64,000 bases of DNA from a virus: positions 20,344-84,343 of the IMG/VR virus record IMGVR_UViG_3300022745_000022, one strand, 5' to 3'. This document shows, piece after piece, positions 50,301 to 58,805 of the stretch. The translations under genes were made by a program, and so were the position numbers. The number at the start of each line of letters is the position of its first letter. The first letter of the stretch is position 1. The notes beneath the pieces were generated by a model. That model ran no database searches and was not told the origin of the DNA. It saw nothing but the letters and a program-made list of their open reading frames with translations.

Positions 50301-51014
50301 GACGGCTTCGTTGCTTCTTATCAGTGGACCCAGGTGGCTGGTCCCAATACCGCAGTGATCGCCACACCAACACTGGCCACCACCCTCATCAGTGGACTCA
50401 CCACCGGCACGTACCGTTTTGCTGTTGTGGCTGTGGATAACCAGAGCCTGGCTTCTGCACCGGATACCGTGCAGATCGTCCTGAGCAGCGTGGTCAACAC
50501 GCCGCCAGTGGCCGTTCCTGGGCCGGCACAGACGATCAACACCTCTACTACTTCCCTATCCGGTACGGGTACCGATGTGGATGGCACCATCGCCTCCTAC
50601 CTTTGGGTCAAGGTCTCCGGTTCCGGTGGCGTGATTGCCAGCCCTACCTCAGCCACCACCACAGTGACCGGCCTCTCGGTAGGCGTCTATGTCTTTAGCC
50701 TCATGGTGACCGACAATCTAGGGGCCACTGGCTCCGCGAATCTGACCGTGACGGTGACTGCTTCAGGAGGCACCTCTTACAAGTACGTGAAAAGTGCAAC
50801 GTCCAGTACCATATACACGACCACGCCTCCACATCGGAAAGTGGTCATCCTATACACGGATAACTCCACGGAGGTGATCGAGTACAACTCAGGCGGCGCC
50901 GTTATCATGGTGGTGCGTCAAGGGTACTCTTACATCGACGGGTTCCGCAGACTGGTGGTGTACATTCGGTACTCCGACGGCACATACAGGATCATCTCAA
51001 AAATCGCCATCTAA
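47388..51014 (+). CDS. Signal-peptide protein with five PKD/REJ-like Ig repeats and a GH-A-type TIM barrel plus DUF4832-like domain
   Basis: Signal MKKLLTVLIAASLAFVVNA|Q. Repeats of the form W(T/V)x(L/V/I)(S/A)G...GLxxGxYxF (2 before and 3 after the catalytic part). Glycoside hydrolase-like YYRFKWWEIQ, DIRGFGNYGEWH and PVTGEP, then GHRLIL...WQNVGSTPAY. Confidence 0.75.
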   Translation: MKKLLTVLIAASLAFVVNAQTYLNGSGLPSSYTGFMSQGLTKSTTTWVDGVANSVETIGNGEATSFAADNRQDYATYGLVTTRSNTAMSAPFAIAQGNVGGSSTTLQAVENGVDVGTQVNVSYVMSRIAYTSGQILYQYSSDSTNWTTFYTSTVSPTGSYYVAVQIYGGPHTVRKWFKTGSATASPVNTVTTPVTVNTPATTTTLTGSVTTSSGTITGVLWTQLSGPSSASITAPTSNSTGVSGLVVGAYVFTYTSTNSLGNSTASNVTVSVVQVSTTPTASTQGSITVVTPTTLASLNGYASTPSGTISSRAWTMVSGPNSPTIANAAVDTTLVSGLVVGTYVFRYTVTNSFGVSVFSDLTINVINAGASTAFSFTNIASTTDLPDYGRGLEQWTNDQWAVPFPTNGSPQTGNCYDNYYRFKWWEIQNDDSSFTWTFFDSKINAAISANRKFNLAVMPMAESDPKASAGGHPMSYPLFMHTLMQAEGTPDWYSTSLGQWVINWNSPQYLRAWGKLQRMIRDHINAGSFNGVPYKNVIGIVDIRGFGNYGEWHTYPWTGEITSPYQPTFATIKSIIDSNLTYFPNYLAVIQHEAFGGTNDGNAQPNLQGQYYALTATNNKGQIGWRRDSWGWAGTWFPGFLESNPTSYAGNAFSPLIMNKWKLAPVTGEPMQCCTQDYGFTGNYYGDLPRQAALYHLSKLGNGNLEAIGTSATNGNMQTTGHAIGHRLILTGGNASALTPGSSFTVNLDWQNVGSTPAYYDWFVTYELRSSTGTAVWTGTSAFRPRLFLPASTSTRATDNFTLTNTVPTGSYGLYVKIIDSLAYMAPMKLGINGRTTDGAYLLQNVTVGSASATISAGSPQTIQAPASSVTLSATQTGGLTTPTWTQISGPTTATFSAATSMTTTASGLVPGTYVFSVTMYSGATPYTSMVTVTVVQVHVNTAPTVNAGFDQSLLYPAQTSTTLNATGTDADGFVASYQWTQVAGPNTAVIATPTLATTLISGLTTGTYRFAVVAVDNQSLASAPDTVQIVLSSVVNTPPVAVPGPAQTINTSTTSLSGTGTDVDGTIASYLWVKVSGSGGVIASPTSATTTVTGLSVGVYVFSLMVTDNLGATGSANLTVTVTASGGTSYKYVKSATSSTIYTTTPPHRKVVILYTDNSTEVIEYNSGGAVIMVVRQGYSYIDGFRRLVVYIRYSDGTYRIISKIAI

Positions 51015-51838
51015 TGAGCGTACTCACAATATCAACGGATATAGCATTACCAGGCAACCTGCCTGGTATGCTGTATCTTCCAGAAGTTCCGGAAACCGTT
51101 GCTGACGGTGTGTTCTCCATCGACGACGGTGCATCCATCTGGGTACGCCGACTCTGGGATAGTGGAGAGTTCATGGCGTCATGGCTGAGCTACAGCGCGG
51201 CACCATCGGACAAGACCAGCTTGCTGAATACCCTACTGGCGGACTCACGCTGCAAGATCCTGGTAGTAGACACTTCGGTGACCATCAACGGAACCGTCAC
51301 CGTGCCCTCCGGTAAGCTGCTCCGCTTCCAGAACGGAGGTGGGTTCACCGGTACCGGCACATTGATCAATCCGGTCTTCGAGGGAACGCTCAGCCTATCC
51401 CCCATCGGTCCGTCTATCGTACTCACCAATGCCACTTGGTTCTCCGAGCATCGGCTTACCACTGACGCCGAAGCGAACTCACTGGGCCTGCGCCAGTATT
51501 ACAATACGGCGACCAACACTCAGCGCATCAAGAACAATACCACCTGGTACGACATACCGACCACCGGTACCACGATCTACACGCTAACCCCTTCCACGGA
51601 CAGCTCGCAGGTCGTTCCGGCCGGCAAGATGATCAAGTGGATTACTGTGAAGAACGCCACTGGTCTGGCTGCATTCAAGATCGGCACCACGGTAGGCGGT
51701 TCTGACCTAGCCGTTCCACAGTCCGTCACTGCCGGCGTATCCACCACCTTCAGCATCCTGCTGGACAGCGATGCCGGCATCACGCTATACTTCGGAGGCA
51801 TCACCTCTGCGACAACCATCAAAATCTATACTGAGTAA
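51014..51838 (+). CDS. Tail-fibre-associated protein
   Basis: 274 aa. The N-half resembles tailspike N-termini (TINGTVTVPSGKLLRFQNGGGFTGTGTL). The C-terminal jelly-roll-like part is VPAGKMIKWITVKN...FKIGTTVGGSD. Confidence 0.55.
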   Translation: MSVLTISTDIALPGNLPGMLYLPEVPETVADGVFSIDDGASIWVRRLWDSGEFMASWLSYSAAPSDKTSLLNTLLADSRCKILVVDTSVTINGTVTVPSGKLLRFQNGGGFTGTGTLINPVFEGTLSLSPIGPSIVLTNATWFSEHRLTTDAEANSLGLRQYYNTATNTQRIKNNTTWYDIPTTGTTIYTLTPSTDSSQVVPAGKMIKWITVKNATGLAAFKIGTTVGGSDLAVPQSVTAGVSTTFSILLDSDAGITLYFGGITSATTIKIYTE

Positions 51839-51848
51839 ATCATACCCA

Positions 51849-54800
51849 ATGTTCAAGAAGATCCTGCACTATCTGGTTCCCATGATCCTGGCTACAGCTA
51901 GTCTCAAAGCACAGGTAATCACCGCACAGCGCATCGTGGCTACGGAGAACTTTCGTGCGCCACTGGATACACTCATCAACCCGCAGTACATATGGGAGGT
52001 GCGCTTCCGCCCGCAGGACACCTCGTGGTATACTGCTCAGGCGATGATTGGCCAGAAGTGGCTGAAGACAACCGTACCATCTGCAAATATATCCGGCGGG
52101 ACCGGTACGGTGACCGCTGTGAATGCCGGATATGGCATTTCCGGCGGTAACATTACAACCAGCGGCACGCATTCCGTGGATACTACATCCATCAGTACCA
52201 AGGCAAACGCCCAGAAAGTGGTAAATGACAGCTCCGCCATACTGCGGGCTCTTGCCAATACCAAACAAGCTACCCTTGTTTCCGGCACGAACATTAAAAC
52301 CATCAACGGTGTGCCCATCCTCGGATCGGGAGACACCACGGTTTCGGATTTCATCAACGCCAAGCAATACGGCGCGAAGGGCGATGGATCAACCGATGAT
52401 AGTAAAGCCCTGGTGCTCGCATACGCTGCCGCTCGGACACAAGGCAAGGACTTGTTCATCCCCGGTGGTACGTATGTGCTCAACTCGTTCTGGAACTTGG
52501 ATGGATCTGCCAACACGACGAACGGCATCTTTTTTCAGATGGGCAACGGATCGCCTCCCAACTACCGGAACGTCCGCGTTTTCGGTGAGGCCAAGACCAA
52601 GCTCACATCCTCTCTCAGCACGAACGGCGCAAGTGGTCAGGTTATATATTTCCAATGCCTGTACAATACCTCCGGGGTAACCTTTGAAAACATCTTCTTT
52701 GAGAGCACCCACAGCATCACGACCAACCAGGTTGTCGCAGTTCAGTATTCTGTCGGCTCCGCCGGAAGCACCGCATTTTATCCCCGCGTGGCCAACTGCC
52801 GGTTTGAGGGGTTCTCTCCCTCGATTCAGCTGAATGGTACGGTAAATCCGATCATCACCGGCAACGTATTCAACGCCCCGAAGGGTAGGGAGCAGGCGCA
52901 AAACAATACCAATCCGGCCTGTTTCATCACGATGTCCAGCACCAACACGGGTGCGGTCATCAACCCGATCATCACCAACAACTTCGCCAACGGATACTCT
53001 GGCACCGCATCGATCACCACCATGACCCAGAGGGCGATCATGGACAACTTCGTACAGGGTGATTGCATCGGTGGCTTGATTGCCAACAACGTGACCATCA
53101 ACCTGGGAACGGAACACATCATCGTGGCGGGGTACAACGGCTCAGGACAGACCAACGCACCGCTGCTGATCACAGGGAACGTGATAGATTGCTCCATCCC
53201 TTCCGGCACATGGGCGCTCCAGACCTCGACCCCGCTCACCAATACGGTGGGCATTCGTGCTGATAAGATGAACGTCAATATCTCCAACAACTTCATCTAC
53301 AACGCCACATGGGGCATCCTTCTCTACGGCGCGAACTACCCCAGCACCCAATACAAGAACACGGTTGTGTCGAACAACTCGGTATTCATGGATCAGGGCG
53401 CCAACAATACCAGCGTGGTGGTGCAGACGGGCATCCAGGTGCAAGGGTTCAACAACGCATCTTTCAAGCTGCTGAACGGCATGGTAACCGGCAACCAGAT
53501 CGTATTCGACAGTACCACCCTGCGCGGAACTGCTCAGGCTCTTTCGCTCAATGACTGCACCGGCATTCTGGCAAGGGACAATACCATGATCGTTCGCTCT
53601 GTGACCAAGGGCGGCAACAACCTCTATTTCATTTCGGCAACCAGGTCAACTGGAGATGCTGTTCGGAATATCGTACAGGATTCAACCATCCTCACCTCAT
53701 ACATCAGTTCGACCAGCTCCACCATCAACAGGTACGACTTGCAGTGGGGTACGATTGGCGGCACACTATCCAACCAGGCAGACCTTCAGGCCGCACTCAA
53801 CGCCAAGCAGAACAACCTCACGCTGACCACGACCGGCACCAGCGGAGCGGCTACGTTGGTAGGCTCTACCCTGAACATTCCGCAGTATTCCGGTGGGGGT
53901 TCTGGCATCACGGCTTTGACCGGTGACGTGACGGCTTCCGGTTCTGGCTCAGTAGCGGCCACCATTGCCAACGGCGCAGTAACGGTTCCCAAGCTGGCCA
54001 CCTTCAAGACCTACCCGGCAGAAAGGCAGCTCGGCACCACCTATGAGAAATACGGATGGACAGGGGCGGAAATGGGAGCGGACTTCTCGCCCGGTTCATC
54101 CATAACCATGGCCCTGAATGGAAACTACCCCCAGCTGACATCTTCGACCATCGTATGGGGCGGCACCGCCATCACGCGCTTCCTTCCGAGCAACCCGAGC
54201 CTGCTGCCGTACAAGAAGATCGAGTGCGACTACAAGATTGTCTCCTCACTTGGTTCCAACATCGGATTCGGGGTCTCCTTCTATTCTAACAATACCGCCG
54301 GCGCAAACTGGGGCTATACCACCTATCTGGCCTCCAACGCCTCTCCGGGCACACCCCACCTTGCCAAGCAGGATGGCACCCTGGACCAGACCGGCACCAA
54401 CATATCCTTCAGCGTGGGCGACGTCATCCGTACCACGCTTGAGTTCAAGGATTCCGTGGTGGTGGCCACTTTCCAGAATCTGACCACGGCGGGAGCAGTG
54501 ACCACGATTACCAAGACCCTCGCCTCCAACACCACGCCCTACACGGCCAACACCGGCACCTGGGCTTTGCAGAACTTCTCCGGCACCTACGAGGTCCAGC
54601 GATTGAAAGTATCCTCCACGAGTACAATCAACCCGACGCTCATGGTGGCCTTCGATTCCAAGGGCCAGATCAACGCCAACAACTTCGCCAGCCGGTTCTC
54701 GTCCCTGCTCAATCTCAGGTATCCCACTGTCCTCAACTACTCAGGTGGTGGCGACATGTTGAAGGACTTCATCGACAAGCGCTCTGAGATCAACCGCATC

Positions 54801-55967
54801 AACCCAGAACAGGTCCTCATTGGACTTGGTTCCAACGACCTACGCTACGGGAACTCTCTGGCCGTCACCGAATATAGGGTGGACCAGATCGTAAATATGT
54901 TCAGTGGATCTTCCACTAAGCTAGCCTTTACGATCATCCCGGAAGATAGTACCGGCGGTGGTACAGGGACAGGCATAGGCCTGACCGCATTGAAGAACTA
55001 CCTGTCGTCCACTTACCCCTCCAACTACATTGACCTGTGGACATTCATGAGCACGTCGAACGTGCTGAAGTCCACATACAATAGTGGGGAGGGTATACAC
55101 CCGAATAACGCAGGTCATAAGGTGATCGACTCGCTCATTGCAGCCAGTGGCTTCTTCAGCACTCAGTCCCCCAATAGATACACGCCCTACAAGTACACCG
55201 ATGGGATCGTAGTCGCTACTGGCGATAGCATCCACCTGGATTACAAAGTGTCGCGTGGTGCGAACTTCATGCCCCGGTTCAATGACAGCTTGAACATGGT
55301 ACCGTCACTGGTAAAAGATGATGGTGCACAGGTGCTCGTCTCCAAGAACCACAATGCTACAGCTCCCGCGTCAGGTGCGCTTGTCACAGTTGATGGCGCT
55401 ATGGCCTTTAAAGGAATCTTAGGATCTTCTGTATACTACGACAGAACTAACCCATCGAACTGGCATGGGATCTACTCAAATAGTAATAATCTGACGCTGG
55501 TATACAACAATTCGGACAACTTCTATTTCAACTCAGCAGGTGAATTCATCATACGCAACGCGACCGGATTCAATGACATTGGGGCCTACTCCCTGCAGAA
55601 CGCCGGCAACTCGTACTTGAACAGCACCGTCACACTGGGCTATAACACCACTGGTGCCAGTACTGACTCCTTCCTGGTCAAGAATGGTGGAGACATCAAG
55701 ATGCTAGCTGCGCCCCTACAGGGTTCAGCAGCGCTCAACTTTCCCAGCACGAACGCACAGAATTCCTCTGATCTCACGATCACCGTGACAGGTGCGGCAG
55801 ATGGGGATGTGGTGGAGCTCGGAGTTCCCAACGCAGCCGTGCTCACCAATTCGAACTACACCGCCTGGGTGAGTGCCACGAACACCGTCACCGTGAGGTT
55901 CAATAACTACTCATCAGGTGCTCAGGACCCGGCGAGTGGCACGTTCAAAGTCAGAGTTGTGAAGTAA
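51849..55967 (+). CDS. Tailspike-like depolymerase: signal peptide, pectate-lyase-like beta-helix, lectin-like domain and SGNH esterase
   Basis: Signal MFKKILHYLVPMILATASLKA|Q. Fibre linker KQATLVSGTNIKTING, beta-helix start INAKQYGAKGDGSTDD, SGNH blocks AFDS / SGGG / GLGSND / EGIHP. ATG 51849 is preferred over the track start 51771. Confidence 0.8.
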   Translation: MFKKILHYLVPMILATASLKAQVITAQRIVATENFRAPLDTLINPQYIWEVRFRPQDTSWYTAQAMIGQKWLKTTVPSANISGGTGTVTAVNAGYGISGGNITTSGTHSVDTTSISTKANAQKVVNDSSAILRALANTKQATLVSGTNIKTINGVPILGSGDTTVSDFINAKQYGAKGDGSTDDSKALVLAYAAARTQGKDLFIPGGTYVLNSFWNLDGSANTTNGIFFQMGNGSPPNYRNVRVFGEAKTKLTSSLSTNGASGQVIYFQCLYNTSGVTFENIFFESTHSITTNQVVAVQYSVGSAGSTAFYPRVANCRFEGFSPSIQLNGTVNPIITGNVFNAPKGREQAQNNTNPACFITMSSTNTGAVINPIITNNFANGYSGTASITTMTQRAIMDNFVQGDCIGGLIANNVTINLGTEHIIVAGYNGSGQTNAPLLITGNVIDCSIPSGTWALQTSTPLTNTVGIRADKMNVNISNNFIYNATWGILLYGANYPSTQYKNTVVSNNSVFMDQGANNTSVVVQTGIQVQGFNNASFKLLNGMVTGNQIVFDSTTLRGTAQALSLNDCTGILARDNTMIVRSVTKGGNNLYFISATRSTGDAVRNIVQDSTILTSYISSTSSTINRYDLQWGTIGGTLSNQADLQAALNAKQNNLTLTTTGTSGAATLVGSTLNIPQYSGGGSGITALTGDVTASGSGSVAATIANGAVTVPKLATFKTYPAERQLGTTYEKYGWTGAEMGADFSPGSSITMALNGNYPQLTSSTIVWGGTAITRFLPSNPSLLPYKKIECDYKIVSSLGSNIGFGVSFYSNNTAGANWGYTTYLASNASPGTPHLAKQDGTLDQTGTNISFSVGDVIRTTLEFKDSVVVATFQNLTTAGAVTTITKTLASNTTPYTANTGTWALQNFSGTYEVQRLKVSSTSTINPTLMVAFDSKGQINANNFASRFSSLLNLRYPTVLNYSGGGDMLKDFIDKRSEINRINPEQVLIGLGSNDLRYGNSLAVTEYRVDQIVNMFSGSSTKLAFTIIPEDSTGGGTGTGIGLTALKNYLSSTYPSNYIDLWTFMSTSNVLKSTYNSGEGIHPNNAGHKVIDSLIAASGFFSTQSPNRYTPYKYTDGIVVATGDSIHLDYKVSRGANFMPRFNDSLNMVPSLVKDDGAQVLVSKNHNATAPASGALVTVDGAMAFKGILGSSVYYDRTNPSNWHGIYSNSNNLTLVYNNSDNFYFNSAGEFIIRNATGFNDIGAYSLQNAGNSYLNSTVTLGYNTTGASTDSFLVKNGGDIKMLAAPLQGSAALNFPSTNAQNSSDLTITVTGAADGDVVELGVPNAAVLTNSNYTAWVSATNTVTVRFNNYSSGAQDPASGTFKVRVVK

Positions 55968-56007
55968 CTGTATAACAGCCACCATTAACCTGAATCATCC
56001 TATCCAT

Positions 56008-56015
56008 TATCTTTG
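56008..56015 (+). promoter_or_regulatory. Candidate Bacteroidota -7 element TATCTTTG ahead of the lysis cassette
   Basis: Exact TAnnTTTG match in the intergenic gap after the tailspike gene. Confidence 0.45.
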
Positions 56016-56016
56016 T

Positions 56017-56322
56017 ATGCAACACGAAAACGCGTTTCAAATGCCAGATAAGGAACAATTCGAGGACCTGGTTGACAAGGTCAATCAGATATTCCAAGCT
56101 TTGCTCGGGAATGAGATTTCAAAGGATGGTGGTATCGTGAAACGTCTGGTCACTGCGGAGTCAGAGATACAGAGGATAGATGCCAGACAGGACAAGCACG
56201 AAGCCCAGCTCAGCAAGTACAAAGCCTGGGTGTATGGTGCATGGGCCGTGATACCGATCGCAGTCAGCATGCTGGTGTACGTGATCAACTTCTTCCTGTC
56301 CCACCCATCCACCACCAAGTAG
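56017..56322 (+). CDS. Holin-like / XhlA-like membrane protein
   Basis: Coiled-coil N-part plus one C-terminal TM (WVYGAWAVIPIAVSMLVYVINFFL). The true start may be ATG 56041. Confidence 0.55.
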   Translation: MQHENAFQMPDKEQFEDLVDKVNQIFQALLGNEISKDGGIVKRLVTAESEIQRIDARQDKHEAQLSKYKAWVYGAWAVIPIAVSMLVYVINFFLSHPSTTK

Positions 56323-56341
56323 TCACCATAAAACAACAGAT

Positions 56342-56740
56342 ATGAGCAAAGAGAATGTAGTAACACTCATCAGGGCCCTGCTCACGGTAGTAGGCTCCTT
56401 CTTCGTGGGTAAGGTCCTTGCCGGCCATACCATCGACACCCAACTCTGGCAGTTGATCGGCGGCGCAGTGCTGACCGTGATCTCCACTGTATGGGGGATC
56501 TTCGATAAGAGCATCGCCGTGGAAGCCGCCGAAAGCGTCGTACGTCAGGTGGCTCTTGCCGTCGGTGGCGTACTCGTGGCTTTGGGCAAACTCTCACCGG
56601 ATAACCTGCAGACATACATCGGTGTCATCGCAGCCTTACTCCCGGTGATCCTATCCTTCCTGAGTAAGAAGAAATCGGTACAGTTGGCCACTGGCAAGAT
56701 CGAAGCCGGCCAATTGAAGGGTGTAAAGCAAGCCGCATGA
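56342..56740 (+). CDS. Holin with four predicted TM helices (tandem duplication of a 2-TM unit)
   Basis: Two similar halves, each R-x-x-L...GG/GS-x-x-V...G...(W/F)-x-x-x-x-K. Basic C-terminus. Confidence 0.7.
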   Translation: MSKENVVTLIRALLTVVGSFFVGKVLAGHTIDTQLWQLIGGAVLTVISTVWGIFDKSIAVEAAESVVRQVALAVGGVLVALGKLSPDNLQTYIGVIAALLPVILSFLSKKKSVQLATGKIEAGQLKGVKQAA

Positions 56741-57279
56741 TCCGCGCTATGTCATACATCTTAGTAGTGGTAGGGGTCATCCTGGTCGGGTGTAACCCCT
56801 ACTCTGCTTTGACACACAAGCTGCCGGAAAGCTCGCAGGACTCAGCAAGTCTCGCCCTACGCTGCCTGGCCACTTTCCCTGAGCGGGATACCAGCTTGAA
56901 GCCAGGACAGGTGGACACCACCATCCACTTTGAGATGGATTCTGTACAACTGAAGGCCTTCAAGCATCAGCTCGACTCCCTACGCCAGCGTATCATCGAT
57001 TCCCCGAATGTGGTGTTCAGCACCGATACCCTCATCAAGACATTCATAGAGCACTGCAAGCCGGTGGTCAAGGAGATCCGTGTACATTCCACTGACACTC
57101 TTCGCATCAAAGATGCAAAGGCTGAAGCCATGCTCAGGCAATCGTTACTGATCAACGAAGACCTCAAGCGCAAGCTGGCCAGCACTGGGAAGTTCATCTG
57201 GATGTTCTGGCTACTGCTCACCTTCATGATCCTCGAGCACATAATGATCATCGTCATCTTCCGTAAAAAACTGTTCTGA
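56737..57279 (+). CDS. Unimolecular spanin candidate
   Basis: N-terminal lipoprotein signal with lipobox LVG|C (Cys19), and a C-terminal TM ([23 protein letters not shown]) followed by RKK. Lies in the lysis cassette. Confidence 0.7.
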   Translation: MIRAMSYILVVVGVILVGCNPYSALTHKLPESSQDSASLALRCLATFPERDTSLKPGQVDTTIHFEMDSVQLKAFKHQLDSLRQRIIDSPNVVFSTDTLIKTFIEHCKPVVKEIRVHSTDTLRIKDAKAEAMLRQSLLINEDLKRKLASTGKFIWMFWLLLTFMILEHIMIIVIFRKKLF

Positions 57280-58538
57280 TGGCTGAATACCCCAAGATGG
57301 ACCAGGAAGAACCACACCCGGAAGGATGTGATTGTGGCTGTAAAGACCAGACTCCTGTGTCTGCTATCGGCATTCCCGGACCTCAGGGGCCTGCTGGTCC
57401 CAAAGGAGACAAAGGGGATATCGGCGATCCTGGTCCTCCAGGACCTCCCGGTCCTCCCGGTATTCAAGGTATCATTGGACCTGAGGGACTTCCCGGTGAT
57501 CCCGGTCCCAGAGGTCTTCCCGGAACCGTAGGCATTCAAGGCCCTCCTGGTATCCCCGGACCGGCCGGCGCTGACGGTGCTCCCGGTCCTACTGGTCCAG
57601 AAGGCCCTGAGGGTCCTGCGGGTCCTTCAGGAGGTCCTGCCGGTCCCAGTGCTTATGATGTAGCTGTCACCAATGGGTTCGTCGGTACGGAAGCTGACTG
57701 GCTGGCCTCCCTTGTAGGACCCACTGGCCCCACAGGTCCAACAGGTAGCACTGGTCCTGCTGGAGCGGCTGGCTTGGATGGCCCGATAGGCCCCGCTGGT
57801 CCAACTGGTCCTACGGGACCAACCGGTGCTACCGGTCCCGCAGGGCCTACCGGACCTACTGGCCCTATGGGTCCCGGCGGTGGAGATCCTGGACCTCCCG
57901 GACCGACAGGTCCTACAGGCCCAGCGGGTCCAACCGGTCCTGCAGGTCCCGGTGGTGCTATTGGTCCGGCTGGCCCTACTGGTCCCGCAGGTCCTACTGG
58001 TCCTGCCGGCCCAACGGGAGCAACAGGCCCCGCCGGCGCAACAGGTCCGGCTGGTCCCACAGGAGCTACCGGACCTTCAGGAACAGATGTCTCAGAGTAC
58101 GGGGACCTTCTACCGGCCACTGGCTTCCCATTTGCCTATGCTACGGGTACCGGCCCCTTGAGTAAACTGCTCAGGGTCGGTGGCAGTACACTGGTGGATC
58201 GCTCCCTGAAAACCATCACACTGAACTCGGTGATCTACCTCACCAACACCTTCTTCGTGTCTGGTGTGTGGACCAAGATCGCCACGGTGCCGACCAATTT
58301 CCGGCCGACGAATACGGTCCAGTGGGATATCCCCAAGCGCGTGGACGCTACCCAGTTCACCAACTTCGGCGGCACAGGGATGACCGGTACCAGTTTCCTC
58401 ACGGAGGCCAGTGCCAGGATAAAGCCCAACGGTGACCTGGAGGTCTACATGACCGGACCATCGTACGCCAACCTGGGGGGAAGCTCGATCCTCATCCTGC
58501 CGCTACACATCACGTACTTCTATATCTCCGGAGCATGA
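57279..58538 (+). CDS. Collagen triple-helix repeat fibre protein
   Basis: Long Gly-Pro-X runs interrupted by [24 protein letters not shown], a common phage collagen spacer. Globular C-terminal domain ([16 protein letters not shown]). Confidence 0.88.
   Translation: MAEYPKMDQEEPHPEGCDCGCKDQTPVSAIGIPGPQGPAGPKGDKGDIGDPGPPGPPGPPGIQGIIGPEGLPGDPGPRGLPGTVGIQGPPGIPGPAGADGAPGPTGPEGPEGPAGPSGGPAGPSAYDVAVTNGFVGTEADWLASLVGPTGPTGPTGSTGPAGAAGLDGPIGPAGPTGPTGPTGATGPAGPTGPTGPMGPGGGDPGPPGPTGPTGPAGPTGPAGPGGAIGPAGPTGPAGPTGPAGPTGATGPAGATGPAGPTGATGPSGTDVSEYGDLLPATGFPFAYATGTGPLSKLLRVGGSTLVDRSLKTITLNSVIYLTNTFFVSGVWTKIATVPTNFRPTNTVQWDIPKRVDATQFTNFGGTGMTGTSFLTEASARIKPNGDLEVYMTGPSYANLGGSSILILPLHITYFYISGA
57373..58080 (+). 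repeat. Degenerate 9-nt tandem repeats encoding Gly-X-Y
   Basis: Runs such as ggtcct/ggtccc/ggaccg + acN/gcN throughout. They also create the mirror antisense ORF 57653-58120. Confidence 0.9.
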
Positions 58539-58804
58539 ACCTCGTGAACATTGCCAAAGGCTGGGCCAACGTGGCCACACACCAGAATCTGGAGCTGATC
58601 CTGGAACGCCTGGCTGTGTGTGATGTCTGCCCGCACAAGCGGCAACTCTCTCCCGCTGGTCAGCTCCTGATCACTGTCTTCAATTCAGAAGCGAACACAT
58701 TCTACTGCGCGCTCTGTGGTTGCCCACTGGCGGCCAAGACTTCAGTGGCCACTGAGAAGTGCCCTGAAGGCGCGTGGAACGCAAAAGAAACCTCATACTA
58801 CTGA
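58535..58804 (+). CDS. Small Cys-rich (Zn-binding, DUF6171-like) protein
   Basis: ERLAVCDVC...[12 protein letters not shown]....EKCPEGAW pattern. Confidence 0.7.
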   Translation: MNLVNIAKGWANVATHQNLELILERLAVCDVCPHKRQLSPAGQLLITVFNSEANTFYCALCGCPLAAKTSVATEKCPEGAWNAKETSYY

Positions 58805-58805
58805 T

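Noticed and set aside
57653-58120. Antisense collagen-like ORFs (also 46849-47202)
   Set aside because: GGN-CCN repeats read as Gly/Pro on both strands, so these are mirror artefacts of the sense collagen genes.
58716-58805. Extended N-terminus of the endolysin in the ORF track
   Set aside because: Overlaps the Cys-rich gene by 89 nt. ATG 58806, one base after that gene's stop, gives a typical M15 N-terminus (YGDP).
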